Source: an uncultured Alphaproteobacteria bacterium (GTDB lineage Bacteria > Pseudomonadota > Alphaproteobacteria > Rhizobiales > Xanthobacteraceae). From it: a DNA stretch of 64,000 nucleotides. Every line of letters starts with the position of its first letter. The first letter of the stretch is position 1. The DNA lies in the NCBI GenBank assembly GCA_963814625.1, contig CAWFDQ010000008.1:218902-282901 (forward strand). The letters are read 5' to 3'. Shown here piece after piece: positions 12,454-20,312 of the stretch. The notes below the pieces were generated by a model. It was given only the letters and a program-made list of their open reading frames with translations, ran no database searches and had not been told where the DNA came from. Made by a program: the position numbers and the translations under genes.

Positions 12454-13223
12454 TGGCGCGCCGCGCGGAAAAAATGCAACGGCTCGCCAGCCGGGCGGTG
12501 CAGGTCGGCTTTCTGCTCGTGCTCCTCGTTCTCTGGTATCTCGCGACCAACTTCTGGGGCGTCAATCGCCTGTTGCTGCCGAACCCGATCGCGGTGTGGC
12601 ACCAGTTCGTCGACGTGATCCGCAGCGGCGCCTATCTGCCCGACTTGCGCGTCACCGCGACCGAGTTTGCCGTCGCCTTCGTGCTGGCGACGACAAGCGG
12701 CACTGTCGTCGGCTACTTCGTCAGCCGCTCGCGCTATCTGATTCGCGTCTTCGAGCCGCTGTTCGCCGGCATCTTCTCGATTCCGATCATCCTGTTTCTG
12801 CCGCTCTACGTGCTGTTCTTCGGACTCGGCCTGGAATCCAAGATCGCGCTCGGCACCACCATCAGCTTCTTTCCCATTACGCTCGCGACCATCGCCGGCT
12901 TCGGCAATGTCGATCGTACGCTCGTTACCGCGGCGCGGTCGATGGGCGCTTCCGACTATCAGATGTTTCGTTACGTGCTCCTTCCCGCGGCGTTGCCGGT
13001 GATCATGGGCGGCTTGCGCATCGGATTCACCATTGCGCTCCTCTCCATCCTTGGCAGCGAGACCATCGCCTCGCTGGCCGGCCTCGGCCACCACATCGTC
13101 GAGTTGGCCGAGGACATGGAGATGTCGCGCATGTTCGCCTACATCGTCTTCGTGGTCGCGATGGTGGCGCTGCTCAACTTTGCCGTCTCGTATCTGGAAG
13201 CGCGCGGGAGACGCCATCGATGA
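12450..13223 (+). CDS. ABC transporter permease (BPD_transp_1 type), subunit 1
   Basis: This is an intact 257-aa ORF with six hydrophobic segments. It carries an EAA-like loop (ARSMGASDYQMFRYVLLPAALP). Confidence 0.9.
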   Translation: MMARRAEKMQRLASRAVQVGFLLVLLVLWYLATNFWGVNRLLLPNPIAVWHQFVDVIRSGAYLPDLRVTATEFAVAFVLATTSGTVVGYFVSRSRYLIRVFEPLFAGIFSIPIILFLPLYVLFFGLGLESKIALGTTISFFPITLATIAGFGNVDRTLVTAARSMGASDYQMFRYVLLPAALPVIMGGLRIGFTIALLSILGSETIASLAGLGHHIVELAEDMEMSRMFAYIVFVVAMVALLNFAVSYLEARGRRHR

Positions 13224-14079
13224 CGTCGATGCAAGCTGCCGGTTCCGGCACCGCTCGGCCGCGCGCCAGCGGCGGCCGCGCGCAAGAGTTCCGCCCACGC
13301 GGGAATGAGCGGACTGGTCGGCCAATTCGCAAATTCTTGCTGCGCCATCCCGGCGTGGTCCGCCTCGGCGTCGTCATCCTCATTCTGCTCGCTTGGGAGA
13401 TTGCCGCGCGCTGGTTCATGGATCCGCTGTTCATCAGCCCGCCGTCGCGCGTGTTCACGTCGCTCGTTTCGGTATGGGATACGAGCGGCGTGCCGGCGGC
13501 CTTGCGCCTCACCTTCTTCGAACTCGCCGTCGCGTTTTCCATCGCCGTTACCGTCGGCCTCGTGGTCGGGCTTGCGATCGGTCTGCAGCCATTTGCGCGC
13601 AGAAGCCTGATGCCGATCGTTCTTTTGGTCTACGGACTGCCGCAGATCACCATTCTGCCGCTGTTCATTCTGTTCTTCGGCATCGGGCCCGCGTCGAAAA
13701 TCGCCTTCGGCGTGACCCATGGCGTCTTTCCCATCGTCATCACCATCGTGGCCGGCGTGCAGAACCTGAAGCCGATCCTGCTCGTCAGCGCCCGCTCGAT
13801 GGGCGCAAACCGCTGGCAAATTCTGCGCTGGGTGATCTTTCCCCACATGATCCCGAGCTTTTTTGCCGGCATGCGGCTCGGCATGAGCGGCGTGCTGCTC
13901 GGCGTGCTGCTCGCCGAGCTTTACGTGTCGACCGCCGGCATCGGCTATTTCACCAGATGTTCACCGAAAACTTCGATCCGACCAAGCTGTTCGGCCTCAT
14001 CGCCATACTCGCCGCGATGGCGATCGGGCTCAACGAAATGGTACGCCGCGCCGAAAACAGATTCAGCCGCTGGCGCTAG
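13220..14079 (+). pseudogene. ABC transporter permease, subunit 2; one frame change near the 3' end
   Basis: The ATG at 13220 overlaps the upstream stop. It has an EAA-like loop (ARSMGANRWQILRWVIFPHMIP). Near 13957 the C-terminus (QMFTENFDPTKLFGLIAILAAMAIGLNEMVRRAENRFSRWR) continues in another frame. This is consistent with loss of one C in a C-run. Confidence 0.8.
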
Positions 14080-14091
14080 GAGAATTGCGAA

Positions 14092-15078
14092 ATGGCGAAA
14101 CTGAAGCTGACCGTGGCCTGCGGCGACTATGAGATCGTACGCGCTCTCGCCGACGGCTCAGTCGCCGCCGACGGCATCGAGCTTGTCATGCTTACCGGCA
14201 TGGGCTCGCGCGAGCGCCATTGGCGCATGGCGCGCAAACGCGAGTTCGACGTGTGTGAGATCAATATCGGCGGCTATTTGATGGGCCGCGACCGCGGCGA
14301 GCCGCTGACCGCGATCCCGGTGTTTCTGCACCGCCGCTTCCGCCACGGATTTGTCTTCGTCAATCGCGATGCCGGCATCCACACGCCCAAGGACCTCATC
14401 GGCAAAAAGATCGGTGGCACCAATTTTCAGCCCGCCTCCAACATCTGGATGCGCGGCATCCTCGAAGAGCATTACGGTGTGCCGCACCGGGATTGCACCT
14501 GGGTCGTCGAGCGTGAAGAGGACGTGGAGTTCACGCCGCCGCGCGACCTGCGCATGGACATGATCCCGCCGGGCAAGCGGCTCGACGTCATGCTGGCTGA
14601 GGGCGAAATCCCGGCGATGCTGTCGCCCGATATTCCGCGGCTCTTTCTCGAAGGCGACAAGCGCATCGTGCGCCTGTTTGCCGATTATAAGAATGTCGAG
14701 ATCGACTATTTCAAAAAGACCGGACTCTTTCCGATCATGCATGTCACCGCCATCCGCCAGGAGATCGTCGACAGATATCCATGGGTCGCGACCAATCTCG
14801 TCAAAGCCTTCGACGAGGCCAAGGCGCTGGCCTATCGCCGCATCGCCAATCCGCGCGTGGTGCCGCTCGCCTGGATCAGGACCGCCTGGGAGGAGCAGCA
14901 GGAGGTTTTAGGCGGCGACCCGTGGGCCTATGGCCTTACCGACGCCAACCGCAAGAATCTGCAAACGGTGCAGCGCTATTGCCATCAGCAAGGCTTGATC
15001 GGACGCATGCTGCCGCTCGATGAGCTCTTCACCGATACCGATCTTGGCGATGCCGGAGGCGGAGCGGAGAATATTTAG
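14092..15078 (+). CDS. Cytoplasmic NMT1/binding-fold protein of the type usually annotated 4,5-dihydroxyphthalate decarboxylase-like (PhtD-like)
   Basis: This is an intact 328-aa ORF with no signal peptide. The N-terminus is MAKLKLTVACGDYEIVRAL…EFDVCEI. The family assignment is from memory of similar annotations and was not verified. Confidence 0.6.
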   Translation: MAKLKLTVACGDYEIVRALADGSVAADGIELVMLTGMGSRERHWRMARKREFDVCEINIGGYLMGRDRGEPLTAIPVFLHRRFRHGFVFVNRDAGIHTPKDLIGKKIGGTNFQPASNIWMRGILEEHYGVPHRDCTWVVEREEDVEFTPPRDLRMDMIPPGKRLDVMLAEGEIPAMLSPDIPRLFLEGDKRIVRLFADYKNVEIDYFKKTGLFPIMHVTAIRQEIVDRYPWVATNLVKAFDEAKALAYRRIANPRVVPLAWIRTAWEEQQEVLGGDPWAYGLTDANRKNLQTVQRYCHQQGLIGRMLPLDELFTDTDLGDAGGGAENI

Positions 15079-15103
15079 TCCCCTCCCCCTTGTGGGGAGG
15101 GAG

Positions 15104-16313
15104 ATGATAGAGAACACCATGCCCGACGTGCAAAAAGACGACCCGGCCTTCCTCTACTTCCCCACCAACTATCGCTGGTCGATGGGGCTGCTCATCTGCC
15201 TCGGCGGCGCGCCGTGGACCGGCGTCGACATCGACGAGGTCAACCGCGTCGGCCGCGCGCTGCTCGACAAGGTCGGCGACGACACGGCGTGGTTCGAGGA
15301 ATGGGCCCGCATGGGCGACAAGATCGAAGCGCGCGGCCGCGATGCCGAGCGCGCCGGGCATAAGCTGACTGCGGCTTCCTGTTTCGTGCGCGCGTCGCGC
15401 TACTATCAGACCGGCGAGCGCTTTATTCATCCGCGATCGCAGCGCAGCATGGATGTTTACGTCAAGTCGGTGAGTCTGTTTAAAGAAGTCCGCCGCGATC
15501 ATGCGCCGCCCGCGCATCGAGCCGGTGGAGGTGCCTTACGAGAACACGAGCCTGCCGGCGCTCCTAGTGCATCCGGATCCCGAAGCGGCGCGCGGCCGCC
15601 CCGCGCCGGCGATGGTGTTCTTCGATGGCTTCGACGTCACCAAGGAACTGCAATACGGCTACGGCGTTCCCGACCTCGCCGCACGCGGCGTCGGCTGCCT
15701 GATCGTCGACGGACCTGGCAACGGCGAGAGCGTGCGCTTTCGCAATCTGCCGCTCATTGCCGAGACCGAGCGCTACGCCACGCCGGTTTACGACTATCTC
15801 GCCGCCCGCAGGGAATTCGACCCAAAGCGCATCGGCGTGATGGCCTTGAGTCTTGGCGGCTATTACGCGCCGCGCGCGGCCTCGCTGGAGCAGCGCTTCG
15901 CCTGCTGCGTCGCCTGGGGCGCGCAATGGGACTACCACGAAATCTGGGCGCGCCGCCTCGAAGCGCTCGATTCCGGCAAAGTGCTCTCGCTATCGGTGCC
16001 GCCCGAGCATCTGCAATGGGTGCTCGGCGCTTCCGACCGCGCCTCGGCGCTGAAAAAACTCGAAGGCTTCCGTCTCGACGGCATCGTGCAGAAGATGACC
16101 TGCCCATTCCTGCTCCTTCACGGTGAAGGCGACGAGCAGATACCACTCGCGATCGCGGAGAAACTCTATGACGCGGTCGGCTCCAAACAGAAGGCGCTCA
16201 AAGTCTTCACGCGCGAGGAAGGTGGTTTCCATCACTGCCAGGTGGACAATCCGACCATCGGCGTGCACTACATGTGGGATTGGATCGCCGATGTGCTCAA
16301 CGCCGGAATGTGA
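15104..16313 (+). pseudogene. Alpha/beta hydrolase (DUF1100 / 2,6-dihydropseudooxynicotine-hydrolase-like family); one frame change
   Basis: Pieces 15020-16126 and 15501-16313 join near 15490 (…VSLFKEV / AAIMRRPRIEPVEVPYENTSLPALLVHP…). The nucleophile elbow is MALSLGGYY. The C-terminus is LLLHGEGDEQIP…GGFHHCQ. Confidence 0.7.
16232..16276 (+). repeat. Left copy of a perfect 45-bp direct repeat, inside the 3' end of the hydrolase gene
   Basis: tcactgccaggtggacaatccgaccatcggcgtgcactacatgtg is identical to 17032-17076. The offset is exactly 800 bp. Confidence 0.95.
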
Positions 16314-16430
16314 TCTTAGCCATCGTCAAAGCTGCGACCGAAATCAAAGCTGAAGCGAGAGCGCAACCGAAGCGACGACCTACGCCGGTCTATGCGCGCG
16401 TACCGGGCGATGGAATCTCCCGAACTTCGC

Positions 16431-16459
16431 AAAAAGAGGCCGCCGACGCCGGCGGCCTC
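16431..16459 (-). terminator. Rho-independent terminator of the small secreted-protein gene
   Basis: On the minus strand this reads GAGGCCGCCG-GCGU-CGGCGGCCUC followed by UUUUU. It lies 75 nt downstream of the stop at 16534. Confidence 0.7.
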
Positions 16460-16533
16460 CAAATCGTCCGGCTCTGAACTCTTCCTGGTTGCCGAACTGC
16501 TGTAGCTGCGACGCGAGATGCGATGCGGCTCTG

Positions 16534-16848
16534 CTATCTTTGCGACCCGATGCCAAAATCCTTCCCAAAGATTTCGGTGCTCAGCATCTTGCCATCTGGC
16601 ATTTTTTTATCCTCGGCCATGTAGAATTTTCCGCCGCTCACGTAGATCATCGTTCCGTTCGGCAGCCGCTTGAACTCCCGCATGATCATGGCGTGAGTGG
16701 CGTCACCGACTTGCATGTGAATCATCTTGCCATCCATAAAGAGGTATACGTTGCGTTCGGATAGCGTGGTCTCTTCCTGCGCCATAACAGGCGCCACAGC
16801 AGTGACGGCTAAGGCCGAGGCCAACAGCAATTTCGAAGCAATATTCAT
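16534..16848 (-). CDS. Small secreted Met-rich protein of unknown function (104 aa)
   Basis: The signal peptide is MNIASKLLLASALAVTAVAPVMA. The mature part carries many Met residues (MDGKMIHMQVGDATHAMIMREF…MIYVSGGKFYMAEDKKMPDGKM). It has its own SD (AGGGGA) and terminator. Local GC is about 52%, well below the surrounding sequence. Confidence 0.7.
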   Translation of the reverse strand: MNIASKLLLASALAVTAVAPVMAQEETTLSERNVYLFMDGKMIHMQVGDATHAMIMREFKRLPNGTMIYVSGGKFYMAEDKKMPDGKMLSTEIFGKDFGIGSQR

Positions 16849-17031
16849 TTAATTCCCCTTTGCAGCAAGAAGGATCTCTTGCGCGCGCATTTATCGATTT
16901 AGACGCATCACGCTCAATGCACGTTCGCTCGTGGTTGGATCAATAGGCCGACAACGAAGCTGTCGATGCATTCACGACTTTGAGAACTGCGCGCGAGCAG
17001 TGGCGCCTTGCAGGTTCGCAGGCCGATACCG

Positions 17032-17076
17032 TCACTGCCAGGTGGACAATCCGACCATCGGCGTGCACTACATGTG
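17032..17076 (+). repeat. Right copy of the 45-bp direct repeat, followed by a diverged relic of the hydrolase 3' end
   Basis: This copy is identical to 16232-16276. The next ~32 nt are only ~70% identical to the true gene end. Read with a shift, they still encode IADVLNAG. Confidence 0.95.
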
Positions 17077-17118
17077 CAACTGAATTGCCGATGTTTTGAA
17101 CGCGGGGACGTTCTGCAG

Positions 17119-17144
17119 CCCGGATGAGCGAAGCGAAATCCGGG
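17119..17144. repeat. REP-like GC-rich hairpin (CCCGGAT-N12-ATCCGGG)
   Basis: The inverted repeat is cccggatgagcgaagcgaaatccggg. Its antisense translation gives the PGFRFAHPG-type peptide. I recall this peptide from spurious ORFs over intergenic REPs in Bradyrhizobium/Rhodopseudomonas-type genomes. Confidence 0.5.
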
Positions 17145-17200
17145 ATCGGCGTGCGAGAAATATAATGCTCCCCGCCACGGGCTTGGGATGATCACGCGCC

Positions 17201-18233
17201 ATGGCTAAATTTGCGACGAAAGCTCGCGCCAGGAAAGCGGCCGCGAGCAAAAAGACGGCGAAGAAGAAGGCCAAGGCCGCGCCGAAAGGTCCGCTTTATC
17301 TGACTGAGGACGACGTGCAGCGCCTCGTGACCGTCAAGGACGCGATCGCGACGCTTGAGCTGTTGTTCGAGACCTGGCCCGACCCGGCGACGGTCAATCT
17401 GCCGCGGCAGCGCGCGCCGATCGGCAAGGGCTCGTTCAACCTGATGGGTGCCGCCTGGGGAGCGTCGGAGATTTTCGGGCTGAAGGCCTATTACGGCGCC
17501 CCCGGCGGGCGCTTCCATGTCCTGTTCTATTCGTCGCGCGACGGCAGCCTGAAGGCGATGATCGAAGCCGATCATCTCGGCCGCATGCGCACCGGCGCGG
17601 CAAGCGGGCTGGCGACGAAGATCCTCGCCAATCCGGACGCGCGCACGCTGGGCGTGATCGGCGCCGGGCGGCAGGCCTTCACGCAGGTGGCCGCGATCTG
17701 CGCGGTGCGAAAGATCAGTACCGTGCGCGTTTTCACCCGTACCGCGGAGCACCGCGAAGCTTTTGCGCGCGAGATCGAGCGCAAGCTGCGCGTCGCGGCA
17801 ACGCCCACGTCCACCGCCGAGGCCGCCATCGGCGACGCCGACGTGGTCATCCATCACCAAATCCGCGGAGCCGGTGCTGCGCGCCAACTGGCTCAAGTCC
17901 GGCGTTCACGTCAACGCCGCCGGCGCTAACGCTGCTTCGCGCCGCGAGGTTGATGTCGAGACGGTGCTGCGCGCGACCGTGCGCGCGACCGATCACTTGG
18001 CGCAGGCGCAAGTGGAAGCCGGCGAATACCGCGACCTGGTCGCCGCCGGCCGGCTGAAATGGCAGGACATCGTCGAACTGGGGGCCATCTTGACCGAAAA
18101 AGTCCCCGGCCGCCGCGGGCCCGCCGACATCACGCTGTTCAAGTCGCTCGGCATCGCGCTCGAGGACATCGCCTTCGCCGACCTGATCCTCCGCCGCGCC
18201 GTCGAAAGCGGCATGGGCAAGCCGATGCTGTGA
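17201..18233 (+). pseudogene. Ornithine cyclodeaminase / mu-crystallin family enzyme with an Ala/Lys-rich N-terminal extension; one frame change
   Basis: Pieces 17201-17929 and 17763-18233 join near 17851 (…GDADVVI / ITKSAEPVLRANWLKSGVHVNAAGAN…). The Rossmann motif is GVIGAGRQA. The N-terminus is MAKFATKARARKAAASKKTAKKKAKAAPKG. Confidence 0.8.
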
Positions 18234-18273
18234 GCCCTTGCCCGACCGCGAACGAACGCGATCGGTTTTCAGC

Positions 18274-19242
18274 TCAAGTCGCGCCGCGTAAGCGCGACTG
18301 CCTCCGCGCCCCTGTCACGACCTTGCCGCCGTCGCCCTCGGTCGCCAAAGCGCCAACCTGTGAGGCGATAATGTCGCGCAGCGCCATCACGGCGCGTGCC
18401 GTGCGCTGGTCCTTCCGGTACGCGAGGCTGAGTGTCCAGGAGAGTTTCGGTCTGCGCAGGCGGACGGCGGACAGCTGCTTTCGTTCGACCTCTTCGCGCA
18501 CCGAGCTGTAAGGCAGCACGGTGTAGCCGAGGCCGGCTGCCACGAAGGCCTTGGTCGTCGTGTAACCGTCGACCTGAAGCGATACCTCGAACCGGCCGCG
18601 CTGCTCGGCCACGGCGCGCTCCAACAACATGCGCAGGCTGTGCGTGCGGTTGGGTAGAATAAGCGGCAAGCAGTCGAGCACCATTCCGCCTTTCACCGGC
18701 GGATGCCCGGCCGACGCTGCGCCCGGTCCGACGAGATACATCGGCTCGGTCAACAGCGGCTCGATTTCGATACCCTGATGACGCGGCGGGTTGTGCATCA
18801 GGCAAAGCGTGAGCTCCTGGTCGACCAGCCGTTTGAAGATGAAGGCGCTGAACCCCTCGACAAAATTGAGCCGCAGGTCCGGATACCGCGCGGTACATTC
18901 GCGCACGATCGCCGGCCCGACGGCCTCGCTGACGGTCGGACTGACGCCGATCGTGATCGTGCCGCGAATGCGCGATCCTTGCGCGCGCACGTCGTCAGCC
19001 GTTTGCGCGACTTGCCGGATCAGCGAATGCGCCCGCTGCAATAGCAAGAGCCCGGCGTCTGTCAGTTCAAGCTGCCGGCCGGCACGCCGGATCAACTCAG
19101 TGCCGAGTTCGTCCTCGATCTTGCGGATTTGCCGGCTCAATGCCGGTTGGGCAATGCCCAATTGCACGGCGGCTTTGGAGAAGCTTCGCGCCTCGGCGAT
19201 ATAGATGAAATAGCGGAGCGCCCGAAGGTCCATCGCATCCAT
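18274..19242 (-). CDS. LysR-family transcriptional regulator
   Basis: This is an intact 322-aa ORF. The N-terminal wHTH is LRYFIYIAEARSFSKAAVQLGIAQPALSRQIRKIEDELG. It is divergent from the bicupin gene. Confidence 0.92.
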   Translation of the reverse strand: MDAMDLRALRYFIYIAEARSFSKAAVQLGIAQPALSRQIRKIEDELGTELIRRAGRQLELTDAGLLLLQRAHSLIRQVAQTADDVRAQGSRIRGTITIGVSPTVSEAVGPAIVRECTARYPDLRLNFVEGFSAFIFKRLVDQELTLCLMHNPPRHQGIEIEPLLTEPMYLVGPGAASAGHPPVKGGMVLDCLPLILPNRTHSLRMLLERAVAEQRGRFEVSLQVDGYTTTKAFVAAGLGYTVLPYSSVREEVERKQLSAVRLRRPKLSWTLSLAYRKDQRTARAVMALRDIIASQVGALATEGDGGKVVTGARRQSRLRGAT

Positions 19243-19248
19243 GCCGAA

Positions 19249-19264
19249 ATAGCATAATAACTAT
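19249..19264. promoter_or_regulatory. Candidate LysR operator dyad ATAG-N8-CTAT in the divergent promoter region
   Basis: atagcataataactat lies 7-22 nt upstream of the LysR start codon. It is AT-rich within a 93-bp intergenic region. Confidence 0.4.
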
Positions 19265-19335
19265 CGGTATTATATCTTAGACGATCGAATAGGGAGCGGG
19301 TAGAGTCCCGGAGACACGACACGCCGGAGCCGCCA

Positions 19336-20268
19336 ATGGACCAAGCGACGCCACAAGTTATCGCCACCGACACTAAAGCCATGGACTTCGAGGAGGTCCG
19401 CCGCGGCCGCGTTCATATGATCCGGCGCAAGCGGCTGCCGCTTATGACCGGCGTCGCCGGCGTCACCATGGAATATTCGTTGTCGGTGGTGCCTGACGGC
19501 TATTTCACGCCGCGTCACCGGCATAATTTCGATCAGATCCGCTACACCCTTTCGGGCATTCAAAGCACCGGTCTGGGCGATCTTGCCGCCGGCGAATGCG
19601 GATATTTTCCGGAAGGCTCCCATTACGGTCCGCAAAAGCAGGAGGGCCAGTGCGAATGCCTGGTGCTGCAGTTCCAGGGCGCCAGCGGCGAGCACCTGCT
19701 CTCCAACGAGGAGATGAACGCGACCTACGAGAAGCTTTTGAAGTCCGGCGGCAAGTTCGAGAACGGCGTGTACAAGGGCTTCAAGCCTGACGGCACCCCG
19801 AAGAACAAGGACTCCTACGAGGCGATCTGGGAGGAACACGAGGGGCGCGATCTCGTCTTCCCGCCGCCGCGCTATCGTCAGCCGGTGATGATGCTGGCAA
19901 AAAATTACCGCTTCTGGCCCGATCGCAAGCGTCCGGGCATCGAGATCAAGCACCTCGGCACCTTCAGCGAGGCGCGCACCGGAATTAGCTTCTTGCGTCT
20001 TCTTCCGGGTGCCGCGATCCGAAGCGGCGTGCAAGAGGACGCTGAGCTGCGCTATCTGCTCGAAGGCTCGTGCGATTACGACGGCAAAACCTGGGGCGAA
20101 GGCACTTACATGTTCCTACCCAATGGCGCCGCCGTGAAGGATCTGCGCTCGCAGGAGGGCGCAACCTTCTTCGTCGTCACGCTGCCGGTGCTCGCGGACC
20201 TTGCCGCAGCGGCGCGCAATTCCGCCGTCAAGCATCCGCTGGCGGCGCGCGAACACGCCCACGTCTAG
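19336..20268 (+). CDS. Bicupin (two cupin barrels) protein, possibly a dioxygenase or isomerase
   Basis: This is an intact 310-aa ORF. The first barrel carries FTPRHRHNFDQIRYTLSG…YFPEGSHYGP. The second is at LLPGAAIRSG…YMFLPNG. Confidence 0.7.
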   Translation: MDQATPQVIATDTKAMDFEEVRRGRVHMIRRKRLPLMTGVAGVTMEYSLSVVPDGYFTPRHRHNFDQIRYTLSGIQSTGLGDLAAGECGYFPEGSHYGPQKQEGQCECLVLQFQGASGEHLLSNEEMNATYEKLLKSGGKFENGVYKGFKPDGTPKNKDSYEAIWEEHEGRDLVFPPPRYRQPVMMLAKNYRFWPDRKRPGIEIKHLGTFSEARTGISFLRLLPGAAIRSGVQEDAELRYLLEGSCDYDGKTWGEGTYMFLPNGAAVKDLRSQEGATFFVVTLPVLADLAAAARNSAVKHPLAAREHAHV

Positions 20269-20312
20269 TCATTTATTCGGCGGCAAGCGCGCCATAGAGC
20301 GCGCAAGTCACG

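Noticed and set aside
14405-14425. TGGCACCAATTTTCAG, considered as a sigma54 -24/-12 promoter.
   Set aside because: It lies in the middle of an intact coding sequence. The -12 element is TTCA rather than TTGC.
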